Source: Octopus sinensis (lineage: Eukaryota). From it: a DNA stretch of 64,000 nt. The notes below the pieces were generated by a model. That model was not told the origin of the DNA and did not search any database. It worked only from the letters and a program-made list of their open reading frames with translations. This document shows, piece by piece, positions 12,822 through 26,730 of the stretch. The translations under genes were made by a program, and so were the position numbers. The DNA lies in assembly GCF_006345805.1 (NCBI RefSeq), contig NC_042998.1, positions 200,260,001 to 200,324,000 of the forward strand, given 5' to 3'. How positions within the stretch are numbered: the first letter of the stretch is position 1; every line of letters starts with the position of its first letter.

Positions 12822-13745
12822 ACTACCTATAGTCATTCGGTGTTGTTTCCGATATTGTTTTGGATGAAGTAGCGAGCTGGACGGAGTTGTTCTTCTTTTT
12901 GTCTCCTGCCGCCATGTCGGTTCATCTGGTATCTCAGAGTGTAACCTGTCCTGGTGTTCGTTGAAAACATCTATATCAACACGTTGTAGATCTCTAAGGT
13001 TGCCTGGAAGGATGTTGAACAATTGCTGGCCCTTAAAATCTAGACTATTGCATTACTGTGTCCTTATTTTAGATGGGGAATATGGGATCTTTGGTATGAT
13101 GAAGTGCCGTTCAGTTTCAGGAGTGGCGGTAGCTATCAATTCCAAAATTGGGATCTAAACCTTCCAAATATATATCACCGCATATCTCTCTCATTTTCTC
13201 TCCAGAGATTAGAGACACTGCTTCTTTAACCTCTTCCAGTAGCCCATCTTTTCCATCGAATCAATCTTCTTTTTTGTATTGGTACTGGATTGCTTTGAGT
13301 TCCACAGTTTGTTTCACACACTCTGGGGAACATAGCTTGGAGCAGAGTCCAAGCAACTGCGAACGAAAACCTTCAATAGGGGTAGCCGGGTTTCGCTTGT
13401 CCTGGTTCTGAATGTCCTCGGAACCCATGCAGCCACCCGCCTGCACTGTGTTGCCATCTCGGTAATATGCACAAGGAATGTCACATCATTGTTCATGTAA
13501 AACCCTGAGTCACGGACCGACTCTGATTCTGGGATCATATTAATTTCTGTTCCAGTGTATTCCGATTTTAGCCTGGTGTTGGACCGCTACTGAGGTGCCT
13601 GAAATTTCATAGCATCGAATTGCATGTTATTTTTTTAACCCATTTGTAGGTTTCGTTCAGGTCTTTCTGCAGTTTCATGGTCTCCTCTGGGTTCCTAAGT
13701 GACTGCGATCTAACGGGTAGATTAGCTGACTGTACCGCGGTGGTC
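12822..13745 (-). mobile_element. Decayed CR1/L2-like LINE ORF2 3' fragment
   Basis: KLQKDLNETYKWV..SESVRDSGFYMNND..AAWVPRTFRTR..LLKVFVRSCLD..FNILPGNLRDL, spread over several frames with stops. Confidence 0.85.
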
Positions 13746-13758
13746 ATGTCTGTCTGTC

Positions 13759-13800
<42 letters not shown>

Positions 13801-13837
13801 TGTATATATATATATGTCTATATATATATATATAGAC

Positions 13838-13869
<32 letters not shown>

Positions 13870-15069
13870 AAATATGTGTGTGTGTATACATGTATATATG
13901 TATGTCCACATGTATATACATGTATATATGTACATATGTATATACATGTTTATATGTATATCTGTTTATATATATATTTATATATACGTTTATATATATG
14001 TATGCTCATAGATATATTTATACATATATATGTATATACATATTTATACATAAATATATGTGTACATATATATGTGTGTGTCTGTGTTTGTACCACTAAA
14101 ATCGCATGAGAACCGATGTTGATTTGTTTACGTCCCCGTAAGTTTGTGGTTCAGCGAAAGTGACCGATAGAATAAGAACCAGCTTACTGAGAATAACTCC
14201 TCAGTTAGAATCAAAAATGTTCACTCTAAATTGGTTTTATCCATATTTCCTCTAATTCTCTGGTCAGTAACCACTGCTTTCACCTTCTCCCTTCTCCTCC
14301 TTCTCCTTACTAACTATCTATCTGCTTGTGTGTATGTCTGAGCGCGTGCGTATTTTGTTTGTATTCCGGCTTTCTGATGGATTGAAATATGGGTCGAATA
14401 ATTTCGCTTCGATATTAGTTAATAATTCATTTGAAATATATAATTCTCCTGAGACCGACGCAAAGATTAAAACATAAATAACTACAATAAGGCAGCCATC
14501 TTTCGAAAGAACTCTAATCAGATAATTGTGCATTCTTGAGTAGCGAAGAAACTGGTTAGTTTCTTATGACTGAATCCACAGAGGCCCTCTTAGAGCATAA
14601 TTTTACAACACGAAATGTATATTTAATGTTAAATTATACATTGTAAACTCTAAAGGTAATGCGCAATATACATAATACTCATTACTAGTCTTATTAGACT
14701 GTCCTAAATTAATTGATTACCACACTTCATGTGTACCTACATGAGTAATTCTGCACTATCCTTAGCAGGGAAGTAGGAATACTGCTTCACTATTTTCTTC
14801 TGCAGTTTCTGCCTCAACTCAGCAGTTTTTAAAATTTGCTATAATATTAGGCAGTTTCGTTGCAATTTATATGTAACTTTATTTCTAATACTAGGACGAT
14901 ATCATTCACAAAGCGGGAAATGGTAGTTAAATAACTTCCTTTTGCGGGGTATATAAGAAAATTTGACATAGGTATAATAAATATAACGTTATGCGTTTAT
15001 TTAAGAAGAATGCTTAGTACCGAAAACAAATTTATTATCTCTGAAAATTATAACATCGAAGTATAATAT

Positions 15070-15117
15070 TCTTCTTCTTCTTCTTCTTTTCTTCTTCTTC
15101 TTCTTCTTCTTCTTCTT

Positions 15118-15193
<76 letters not shown>
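15070..15193. repeat. (CTT)n-(ATT)n compound microsatellite
   Basis: Directly visible. Confidence 0.95.
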
Positions 15194-16629
15194 GCAGTCG
15201 TACTATATTATTGTTCTTTATATACACAAATGAGAAATATTTTTACACTATTTTTTTATTTAATAATTATTTTATATTGAAAATTAATATTCATTTCATT
15301 TGTTTGCGTAACAATGTGAAATTTGCAAAAATTAAAATTATAATTAATCGACTACTATTAGCCACTGTGTTAGAAGTTATCCCCAACATTACTCATCGTA
15401 CGAAAGGTAAGACACAAGATGAATGTATGGCGCGTATGTCTACCTGTATGTCTGTCTGTATGTGCACGTGTGTTTATATATGTGTATGCATGCGAGTTTG
15501 TGTGATATGCGTGTACAAGGGGTGGAGAGAGACAGATGATAAAAATAATATAGCATACACATAGAGAAAAAGAGAGAGTGAGATAGCCTGTAACAATGCT
15601 ATCATTATGAATTCTAATGAGTATATCATTCGTATTATAATATATTTTTTGTTTATTTTCATTTTTTTATTTGTTAAATTTTATTTTTCATGCGTTATGC
15701 AAGAACATTCTAGAAAGGAAACTAGAGAAACTTTTGTGAGTTTCTCTCATTTTTATTCTATTTATGTTATTTTATTTTATTTCATTTTGTATTGAGTGTT
15801 CTTTTTTTCTAATATCGTAATTCAATAGCGAAACTATGTTGTTTTAAACTATGTAACTTTTGTAAAAATATGAAATTAATTCCGCGTCTTTGTAGATGCT
15901 GTAATAGCATTGGCAATGTAGAAATTGTTTGGATCACGTAGTGTTATTGGTCATTGGACAGAATTGTGGAGACATATTTTCTGAATGCCTCATTATTGAT
16001 AAGTGAATAGATGGTGATTTGATTTTGTATAAAGACGAAAAACAGTTATTTATTGCAGGTTGTAGTTGTAGAAAATCCATGTAATATCGAACATTCAGTT
16101 TTCTTTCTTCAGGGATTTCATGTTATTCTCTGAAGTAACTTTGTGTTCCGTTCCATTCGCTACACTTTTTCTATTACATTTTCCCGTTATATGTGCATGA
16201 TTATGAAAAAAAAAGAAATAAACTAATCTTTAAATAAATCTTTGACGATTTCTATAGATATCCTGTATATAAAAAATTGCTTGATAAATACCGGTCATGC
16301 AAAATTGCCTGAAGTTGTCGAACACCACAGAAGTGGTGTATACTGGATTTCCCTATTCGTTATGTATTATACTATTAATCAAGTTAGGAGCAACGTATTT
16401 AATGCAGTTTGGAAAAGAACATAGGAAGAAATACTACTTACACAGAAAAGAGAGGGTAACATAACATCGTTGACTAATATTGATTTACTTTATCTTAACT
16501 AGTACAGATGACAACACGGTAAATCTCGTACGTAAAAGACACTCTGAGTTGTCATTCGTACTCGCCAAGTTCTAATCGAATATTAATTACTAAGCTAATG
16601 CTTACTTTTCTTATTTTTAATTTACAGTT

Positions 16630-17013
16630 AATTATATTTCCACATCGTCTGGGGTAATTCACCTCAACTCTGAGCAACTTTTTGAAACTCCATCTAACAC
16701 CCGTGGACATGTTTACAAAGTCAGAAAACAGCACAGCGCCCATGACTTTCGGAAACATTTTTTCAGCGTGAGAGTTGCTGAAGCATGGAACAAACTGCCG
16801 GCATCAGTTGTTAGTTGTCGGAGCAATGCATCCTTCAAAACCTCCATGCTTCCTGATATTCGCCAACACTACACCTGATTTTCTCCCCTCCATACACACT
16901 CAAGCATGTATCTTGTTCACTTCCCAGATATTTGTACATTACTGCATATGCTTTATACGCACTTTTGACAAGTTGTGGGGCACCTGAGCACTGTATATAA
17001 TAATTTCATTATC

Positions 17014-17078
<65 letters not shown>

Positions 17079-17100
17079 CATTATTATTATTATTATTATT
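16630..17100 (+). mobile_element. CR1-type LINE 3' end with (ATC/ATT)n tail
   Basis: Hand translation gives EQLFETPSNTRGHVYKVRK..FRKHFFSVRVAEAWNKLPASVV..FKTSM; a trinucleotide tail follows. Confidence 0.85.
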
Positions 17101-17648
17101 GAGTGAGAGAGCAGTTCATGCCAACAAAGTGACACTGGGGTAAAATATACGAAGCCCAATATACCCATCATGACTACCCGTCTGATAAAGGTACACCAGG
17201 CACATGCATCACAACCATATGTGCGCGACATGTGATCTCATATCAAGATAAACAGCACATGACCTTGCAGGTGGGGCCCAGTTAGAATTTTCTTCAGGTT
17301 GAGTAGCCCATCCCGCTCAAACGGTCCCTGAATAAGGGTTGTTTAAGGATGTTGAAAGAACCACCCATGTTTCCAGAGGTGAACTATTCAAACCCCAAAG
17401 AATCCCTCTCAACACATGGCTATGATGCTCCCCCACTACTTCTGCTCATGATCAGAGATGCACATATCGTCAGCCACTAAGGGACATGCTCAACTGGTTA
17501 AGGTCAAACAACTGACAAGCACATCTGTGGTATTGAGCAGAATATTTGCTGTAGCCCATCTTTTATACCAAGACAAAACAATGTACATGATAACACTTCC
17601 AATCAGTTAAGATCAGAAGCCATGAGAGCCACTGCCTGGTACTGCATC

Positions 17649-17650
<2 letters not shown>
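17101..17650 (-). repeat. ~550-bp non-coding interspersed repeat with (AAT)n tail; second copy at 43378-43835
   Basis: Near-identical to 43378-43835; both abut (ATT)n on the left. Confidence 0.85.
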
Positions 17651-17708
<58 letters not shown>

Positions 17709-17714
17709 CACCTC

Positions 17715-17775
<61 letters not shown>

Positions 17776-19672
17776 CACCTCTGCTGTTTAGCTGCAAAAT
17801 ATAAACTAATCCAATAAAACTGTGATCAGAGTCGCACCTGCACTGCCAATCACATTTTCAGAGAGAACTATGTATGTATGAATATGTTATCTAACAACCC
17901 TCAGGTTTGTAAGAAGCAAATCGAATCTGAAAAGTATTTAGATTGCAACTCTCAAAGACCAACTGATAATATCGCCTATCTTCAGCTAAAAGTCTATAAA
18001 GAAATTTCAAGTGTACAGTGTTGTTGAGCAGCCACTATCTTGTATTGTAAGGGGTTTTGTACCAGCTTTGAAACCGATTATTAAAATCAATTTACGTCAG
18101 AATCTCGAGAAATACATGAATGTTACACAATCTGTACTTTCTGCATATATTCTTCGGAATATACAGCAAGAAAGAGGTATGATGAAGTAGGAATATCTTC
18201 AAAAATTCAAGATCACGTGATTGTGAGTTTCGTTTTCAAAATGATTTATGTTCCACTAGATCTAAAACTCTACTCACTTTCATATAATTATTTGTGATAA
18301 TTTATTTGAATGTGATTTCGTACCCTAACATATTTAATCTGCGATCATGGAAGAAATCACTGTTGATATGTTCCTTAAACATAAAATAAAACGAATCCAT
18401 CTTTCGAGTGAAATAACTGGGAGATATTTAGTCACAATCAGCCTCTTAACAATGATTTTCGTCTCATATTCCATTTTGATTTGTCACAAATGCTGGAAGT
18501 CAAAGAGGATTTGATCTGACAACAGGAGTTTCTTTGTCAATTGCGATACGTTTTTACTATATTTCTTTAAGTAGCTCTCTGCAAATGCTACTAGATATTT
18601 ACAGATTTTAGCCGGCTTCTGATTAGCATCATATTAGGATGTAAATTTCTCAGTCAAAAAAAAAAAAAAATTCATTGGTATCTACTTTTATGCGTCTGTC
18701 TTTTTGTAGTGGATCGTCAAATGCAATTAGTCCCTAACGCATATTTTGGCAAATGAATATTTCCTGCATAGTAATTTGCTGGACAACAATAATTGTGAAT
18801 ATCTCTTTGAGGATGTAAAAGTTCATAAAAGTTTATAAACGAAAGCATTCAGAGAGTTCAATGATATAAGCTACGTAAGATAAAAGTCTTCCATATTGAG
18901 AATTGACTGTCCCTAAAAAATCCTGTATGAATTGATTTTTCGTGGATTGAAAATGGCAAAACTTTCTCCATTTTTTAGAAACTAAATATATTACATTTTT
19001 CAGAAAACGTTGATTGTAAATTTCCCGATCATTGAGGTGGCTGCTGATGAGCTAGCTTCAATTATCTGCATTGATACATGAATATGCAAGTAAGTTGTAT
19101 AATGTGAAGCAGACATATTAATGTAGACAGGTGAACATAATAATATATTGTACAGTGAAATTTTTACTACATGAAGAAGGCTGTGGAGCAACCATTACCC
19201 TAATGAAAACATGTGGTTATATAATTATATTCACTTGTCATACCTCGCGACAATTTATGGTTCACACAGACACATACATAGTCGCACATACATAATGTAC
19301 ACAATATACAGAGACGCGCTAATACTAGTTCCTTGCTTTGGTAACACGTGTCTAAGCAGACTCTTATAACTTGCCTTGTGTCTGCAGGCATTTATCACGC
19401 TCTTATCTGTTTCAGTACTTACTGATCTCAGTTTACATTGATATAAAAGTGAATGATTATTTTGTGTTACGTCTTTAGTTCCGAGATTTGAAAAATCACA
19501 TCTCTCTGAAATTCAAATGCAGCGCTGGCTATTTAAACAGAATATAATGATGATGAAAGAAAATATCAGAATTATGAGATATCTGAAAATACATTCGATC
19601 TGGTATGGAAATCACCAATTTGTTATTTCACAGCATTTGTTCCTGAAATTAAAACCCTCCTTCCCTCCTCCT

Positions 19673-19675
19673 CAC

Positions 19676-19715
<40 letters not shown>

Positions 19716-19765
19716 GTCGTCGTCGCCGTCGTCGTCGTCGTCGTCATCATCATCGTCATCATCAT
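19673..19765. repeat. (CAT)n/(CGT)n microsatellite
   Basis: Directly visible; it generates the poly-H/R and poly-D ORFs. Confidence 0.95.
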
Positions 19766-21380
19766 TCAGAACTTTACGATCACGTACAACTTGGTCCCTC
19801 TTATATTGTCCTGATTCATAACCCAACTTCATTTTTTATGCCATATGATAGTTTCTCCTCTCTATGTTTTAAGCATTTTAGGTGATCGACATATACATTC
19901 AGTGCCATTTTTGAGATGGCCAATATACAATATTACAAACAAGCTCTTCCATTCTAGTACCCAAATGCTAGCAGTTCGAATTCATTTTATTTTGATGGTG
20001 CTTGATATACTAGAAGCTGACTAAATAAGCTTTGGTAAATATATTCTTCCTAGGACATAATGAAAGCAACACAAAAGATATCCATTATATCTCATATACT
20101 GAGTTGATTTCTTTTGTTCACCTCACTTAAGATGTCTCATCGTCTGTACTTTATCACTTTATGAAACATACTATATATTTAACAATCTATTGTCAGGAAC
20201 GTGAACAGTTGTTAACCGCCGTAGAGAAGCGTCATGGATATTTCACTCGATTATGATTCCAAATTTCTACTTGGATAGTATTGGATAAACTGTGTAAAAT
20301 GAGGTTAGCGTTTTATACCAAAATTAATATCATAAACTGGTTCTGTATCCAGTAAATGCAATTAATTAGCAATACAATCCTTAAACGGGGTAAATAACCT
20401 TAAGTAGATCATTATGATGACACAACCATTAGTTTATATTTACACATGTTTAATTGCAAAATTTACATGGAAGTGTCATGTCGTTTCCAGGTATTGTTTA
20501 ATGGTAGTAATGATGTTCTCGCTTTCTATGGTTTACTTTTTATCATTGAAATTTCCCGGTTAGAGTAAACTGAAAGAGATTTTGTCATTCATAAGAGTTA
20601 TCGCGAACCATTCACGAAAATATTTGACTCAATGTACTAGCGTGACCATACATGAATAATAGCAACATTTCATGAAATCTTACTCCCACTTTAAATAGTG
20701 AACAACACATTTATAATTGGAAGTATAAAGAAGATGGAATCATGATGTTGAGAAGTCCAGAGATCGAAAATCTGTTCAGTAAGGTATCATGTGTTAAACG
20801 GCAGCATCTCTTATATTATAGATGTAAGTGACTTAACACAACGTTGTAAGACATCGAAGCGCTGTCAGCTCCAGTCAAGCAAATATCAAATACAGCCTAC
20901 TGATATATATATCTATTCCCTCTTCCGACATTTTATCTATGACTGTAAGATCCAGGGTTCTTTCATTTGTAATATTGTAAATTGGATTACACATGGCTAG
21001 GTTTTGTCAGCTATACACTTCACGCGTTCACTACTACGGATTGATAACAACATCTGACATGTATCAAGTTCGTGTTACCTAGTTGGTGGTTAAAAAAAGC
21101 CACTGTTGAGTTTTTACACACTTTCAGCTGTCAGTCCAACCATATCAGATTTTGAATATTAGATTTGAATATCATAGTCACCTTACAGTAGCTTTGTTAC
21201 TCATGATATCCTTTTGTAGCTATGAATACTTCATTTTACTTCAGAAAGCAATACCTTAGCTCTCATACTGATTATGTAATATGAACCAGCGTTCTTGTAA
21301 TCAGCACTGGAATACATTAAGAACTCCCTTTGTGACTCCCTCAGATAGGAGAAAGATATAATATATTGAAAAATATAGCC

Positions 21381-21560
21381 CTATTTCGTCTGCCATTACG
21401 TTCTGAGTTCAAATTCCGCCGAGGTCGACTTTGCCTTTCATCCTTTCGGGGTCGATAAATTAAGTACCAGTTACGCACTGGGGTCGATGTAATCGACTTA
21501 ATCCATTTTTCTGTCCTTGTTTGTCCCTTCTATGTTTAGCCCCTTGTGGGTAATAAAGAA
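21381..21560 (+). mobile_element. SINE family A with 14-bp TSD next to the CARP splice donor
   Basis: ATATATTGAAAAAT at 21361-21374 and 21567-21580. Confidence 0.85.
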
Positions 21561-21587
21561 AAAAATATATATTGAAAAATCTCTTAC

Positions 21588-21779
21588 CTCTGCAACAAAT
21601 GCTCTGTCTGCTATAGTATGTTCCGAACCTCGTTCATCTTTACTTCCAAAATGGACTTTTAGATTCGCTGCGCGATAAGTATATGATAACGGACCCATGC
21701 TAATATTGACTCCCCATTGACTGGTTTGGTCTACTTCAAACGTCAGATCATGGCCGTTATTGACAAGTGAGCCGACGAC
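21588..21779 (-). CDS. Internal exon (192 bp, phase 0-0) of a carbonic anhydrase-related protein, CA10/CA11-like
   Basis: VVGSLVNNGHDLTFEVDQTSQWGVNISMGPLSYTYRAANLKVHFGSKDERGSEHTIADRAFVAE matches the alpha-CA NNGH..H(F/W)G..GSEH..F..E pattern and the CA10-type VNIS.GP..Y. Acceptor tttttacag at 21780-21788, donor GAG|gtaaga at 21587. Confidence 0.92.
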
Positions 21780-23779
21780 CTGTAAAAACAAAAATAAGAA
21801 AAATATCTGTAATTAAGGGTTTTGTATGTTACCAATAGCTCTTGAGGAACATTATTTCGCTTAGTACTTGAATAGAAAATGACATTTCTGTAGTTGGATG
21901 GACACTAATATATTAAACCAAATATGCATTTAAACATCGTCCAACAGATCTGGTGAAAGTCTACTTCTGCAATAAACATGCTGCGAAGTTCACGGGTTTA
22001 GCTCAGTGTGTTTGTCGCGAGGAATGTAATCTCATATTTCAGAACTGACATTCATGAGATGAAAACGATTATTTGAATAAGAGGTTTAGAAAGTACCAAA
22101 ATTACAAGACGATAACGATCTGGAAAATGTCTCAAAGTATAGTCAGCCTCTGTAGTAACTGAAAAAATAATTACAGATAATAAGAAGACAGTAAATCACA
22201 GATGTTATAATTATATGGATGTGTGTTTGCAAGTGAGTGCGTGCGTGCGTGTTTGTATTTGGACGATATGGAAATAGTTTGACGGATATATAATTAACGG
22301 CCAATGGGTACATATCGTTATATCTGGTATACGCACGAGGAAGAATATCTAAAATAACATCATGCGTACCCTGGTAAAGATTAATGTACGTAAGAGACAC
22401 GGTTTTAGGTTGTTTGAAAAAGGAATATGGGATTGTAAGTAGGCGTGAGACGCTAATGTCTAAATCTCAATAGGAAAAGAGTGGAAGAAGGGGAACTGTC
22501 GGTAGTGGATCGGTGACCGCATAAATTTTGATGAGTGAAAAAAAAATGTTAGGCACATAACGCGGGTATTGCATGTAAGTGAGGCATTATCATGAGTAAA
22601 GATAAACCGCTCTGCTTTATGATTATGAGGATGTGATGGGCTATGATTTCAGAAAATATATGCTACAGAAATTTGATACTTCAGTATACAACACTTACCG
22701 GAAATTACCAACCCACAATCTAGATACCTATTGCCATACACTGCAACATCTAGTCCCTTTAAACTGTCAAGTCTGATGAACCGAAGCCGATTATTGTTCA
22801 CAAAAAAGCAATTTTTGCAGAATTCTTCTTTCCTTTACTTCTTAGTATTCTCCCAAGGGATACATCCACAGTGTTGTCAGCTGCGCATCAAACTCCACTG
22901 CTTATGTTGGGTAAACTTCCTCCAAATATATTTCTTTTGATTACCACGCGAAATCACCCCTGCTAGAACTCTCCGTCTATGATCGCATCCAGGTCTTGTT
23001 TCTCGTATTTAAGGCTTCTTGTAAGTTTGTACTATTGCGACGTTGGTAGAAGTTTGATGCAACTGGCTACTCACATTAACGATTATGCGTTCATTTTCCC
23101 CCTATAATACATTTTCTATACTTCAACTTTCTTGCTGTCACTTCTGAATGTATCAACTCTACGCAGATAATACAACTCTTAATTTTTCCTTAAACAGCTC
23201 ATGTAAAACTCTGCACAAATTCCATGAACAGAGAACTTAAAAGAATTTATAGTGGACCTTTCTTTCAATATTTTTTTTTCTTTAGATACATCGCAAAATA
23301 CTAAATTCATGCAATCATTTAGTATCAAAGGCGTTATCTCATCTCTGCCGTCGAGATGTGTCGAAAACTGGATTTTCCTGACTGGCCTACCTATGCAAAT
23401 CCAGAAAATATGTTAGTCTCCAGCAATTCGTCACCCTACAAAAGAACACTATTGCAACTCACAATGAAAGCTTGCTCTTAGATTTCGGATGATACTATTA
23501 CATACTCTGGTGGGTTAGACCTCATCTTCAGAGAGGTCAAGCAATTAATACGAAGTCTAACACAAACACACTAAAATAGCCAGGTGCGCAGTCTCCTTTC
23601 TCTGCCTTTCTACTCTTACTGCAGTGACATCTGTTTTCACATCGAGCTGAGGAACTGAACCCTCCATTAAGGCGTCCCCAACCCACAGACTTCTCTTCCT
23701 CTCTTCACTCATATTGTCACGACTCGAAATTTAGGCTAAATCGTGACGATTACATTGTGTTCGGTCTGCTCAAGTCAAA

Positions 23780-24410
23780 GCCAACTGGAAATAAATCTCT
23801 GCACTTACTTTACTTGCAGCTATTAGCTTGCAATACTTGGAGCAGAATTGTATCAATCTCCACAATCTTGGATAGACCGTAAAGGTTATTAACATTTCGT
23901 TCAGAAAAGCATTACATAATCACGTTATATTGTTTGTCGTATGCAATCAGGTGCGACTGATTTATTCCATTTCAAATTTATCTACATTATTTTCCACTTC
24001 AATGTCGTGTGCAGGTTCGCCGAACACCGTTTGTTTTTTCCTACATGGTATACTCAAACGTTAGAGCAAGTTAGCAGTATACTTATGAAATAGATCACCA
24101 TCTAATATATCTATATTTCTTGTATATCCTCCATTTTGTGTAAGTATCTACGCACAAACCCCAACCCCACCCCGCTTTTTATATTATTATCTCCCTTTCT
24201 TTCAAATGTTTTTACCAATTATTCGCCATGTTGGAGCGCTTTAATCTACATTCTCTCTTTGTTTATTTTCTCTTATTCCTCTCTGTTGAAAGCGGAAACC
24301 CGAAACGTAACAGCCTTTTTTTCATTTTCCCAAATATCATAATAATGCACTTGCTTGTTGTTCATACACCTGTCTTTGTCTTTTGTTTTCCTATAAATTT
24401 CAACCTCTAA
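23780..24410 (+). mobile_element. Decayed PLE-like 3' remnant ending in a degenerate HHR-like motif (24283-24310)
   Basis: Weak GIY-YIG-like LG*TVK at ~23865; CTGTTGA..GG AAA CC..GAAACGTA followed by a tail resembling family B. Confidence 0.35.
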
Positions 24411-24626
24411 CTCCGTGAGAGTTAGAGGTTGGGAAGCCAACCAACTAAGAGATACTACCTTTCAAATATACTGCTGGTAGTGTGCCCAATCATTCATACC
24501 CAAGTGCTGGTTATTGCGTGGCAATTTTGCAACTGTGTGTCATATATGGGCAGGGGTAAAAAGTGGTTACCCTTAATCTATACGGCAAAAAGAAAATGAA
24601 AGGTATACAAAAGAGACAAAAGACAT

Positions 24627-25022
24627 ACATCAGCCGGTAGACATTCTATTATGTCTATTTATTCAAAAAGAAAAGGGAAAATTATAAGAATACAAACATA
24701 TGCAAAGACTGTGTGCTACACAAATATATGCTAGTAATGCTAGTAATACGTGGTGTATAGGTGCGCCACATTTCGCCATTTGAAATATTCTGGCAATGAA
24801 TTGCTTATTCACGTTCATTGAGTTGATACTTTCGAATAAATCAGGAGTACCACGCATATACTTTTACTTGTATCGCTCACCTTGTTGTGGTACCCCTGTA
24901 TTTTACGTATTACTAGTATATATTTGTGTAACACACAGTCTTTCGATGTGTATATGTTCTTATAATACTCCCTTTTGTTTTGGAATAAATAGACATAATA
25001 CAATGTCTAGCGGCTGATGTAT
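24627..25022. repeat. Old imperfect fold-back (~140-bp arms, ~115-bp spacer)
   Basis: atacatcagccg.tagacatt.tattatgtctatttattc..aaagactgtgtg.tacacaaatatat is mirrored; ORFs 24663..24857(-) and 24796..25017(+) translate similarly. Confidence 0.8.
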
Positions 25023-25060
25023 ACCACCTCCATTTTATTTTTCTCTCTCTCTCTCTCTAT

Positions 25061-25103
<43 letters not shown>

Positions 25104-25107
25104 TTAT

Positions 25108-25195
<88 letters not shown>

Positions 25196-25405
25196 ATATA
25201 TATGATACAAAACAAAACGAAGAACAAACACAAAAACAACTAAACGAGGACGTAGTACATGTAAAGCAGACGCTCAGGGAAGGTAAGAAACTTAGTTTCG
25301 AGTTTCGAGCAAAGCTCCTCTTCAGAAACAGAGGAGAGTCCAAAACAAAAAAGGATGACTGAGCAAAAAAATCGCCAACGATATATATATATACATATAT
25401 ATCTG

Positions 25406-25538
<133 letters not shown>

Positions 25539-25840
25539 TATTTATTTATATATATATAAACGTGACCTCGTGAGCACCGCCAGCAATTTTTTTTCCTTTG
25601 TCTTCCCTTCTCGGGATCTTTCCTTCTCCTTTGTTTCGACGAAGAGCTCCGCTCGAACGTTAAACCCACCTCCTTCCCTCCTTTCCTGAGCATTCAATAA
25701 TACTATATTTGTTCCACGTCCTCGCGTTGCTGTGTTTCTTTTGTGTTTTCTCGTTTGTATTAACTATATATATATATATATATAATATATATATATATAA
25801 TATATATATATAGGAAAAAAGCAACAAGAATGGATTAAAA

Positions 25841-25927
25841 TCTCGGTACGATCGTTTCGTACGAGGACATCTTTATAAGCTACAAAAAATGCTGTGAATA
25901 CAGATGGCTCGTACTCGTCAGCCGAAA
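25841..25927 (-). ncRNA. Canonical type I hammerhead ribozyme (copy 1)
   Basis: On the - strand: TTTCGG-CTGACGA-GTACGAG..CTCGTAC-GAAA-CGATCG-TA-CCGAGA, with a full core, 7-bp stem II, palindromic stem III and GUA cleavage triplet. Confidence 0.88.
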
Positions 25928-26171
25928 AACATCAGAGAATTCCCAAACATCAAAAGGGGTAGATACAAAAGAGGACGTAGTACATGTAAAGCAGTACATG
26001 TAAAACATGTAAACGAAGACCTAGTACATGTAAAGCAGACGCTCAGGGAAGGTAAGAACTTAGTTTCGAGTTTCGAGCAAAGCTCCTCTTCAGAAACAGA
26101 GGAGAGTCCAAAACAAAAAGGATGACTGAGCAAAAAATCGCCAACGATATATATATATACTATATATCTGC

Positions 26172-26265
<94 letters not shown>

Positions 26266-26537
26266 ATATATATATATATATATATATTTATTTATTATTA
26301 TATATATATAAACGTGACCTCGTGAGCACCGCCAGCAATTTTTTTTCCTTGTCTTCCCTTCTCGGGATCTTTCCTTCTCCTTTGTTTCCGACGAAGAGCT
26401 CCGCTCGAACGTTAAACCCACCTCCTTCCCTCCTTACCTGAGCGTTCAATAATACTTATTTGTTCCACGTCCTCGCGTTGCTGAGTTTCTTTTGTGTTTT
26501 CTCGTTTGTATTAACTACATATATATATATATATATA

Positions 26538-26617
<80 letters not shown>

Positions 26618-26642
26618 AAAAAAGCAACAAGAATGGATTAGA

Positions 26643-26730
26643 TCTCGGTACGATCGTTTCGTACGAGGACATCTTTAATAAGCTACAAAAAATGCTGTGA
26701 ATACAGATGGCTCCTACTCGTCAGCCGAAA
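26643..26730 (-). ncRNA. Type I hammerhead ribozyme (copy 2, one stem II mismatch)
   Basis: Same as copy 1 except that the stem II 5' arm is GTAGGAG. Confidence 0.83.

Noticed and set aside
14318-14533. ORF containing NIEAKLFDP, resembling the CA10 NIE..FDP segment
   Set aside because: It lies downstream of the known exon (wrong order), lacks QSP/WG motifs and has no clear splice sites.
21498-21587. C-terminal extension of ORF 21498..21791
   Set aside because: It is read-through past the GT donor into intron and SINE sequence.
23480-23540. - strand CTCT-CTGAAGA..GAAA-TC-TA-AGAG hammerhead-like match
   Set aside because: Stem II is poorly defined and stem III is not palindromic; too weak to call.
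25904-26125. ORF MARTRQPK.. (histone-like start)
   Set aside because: It is the antisense reading of the HHR terminus plus the junction; there is no histone similarity beyond the first residues.
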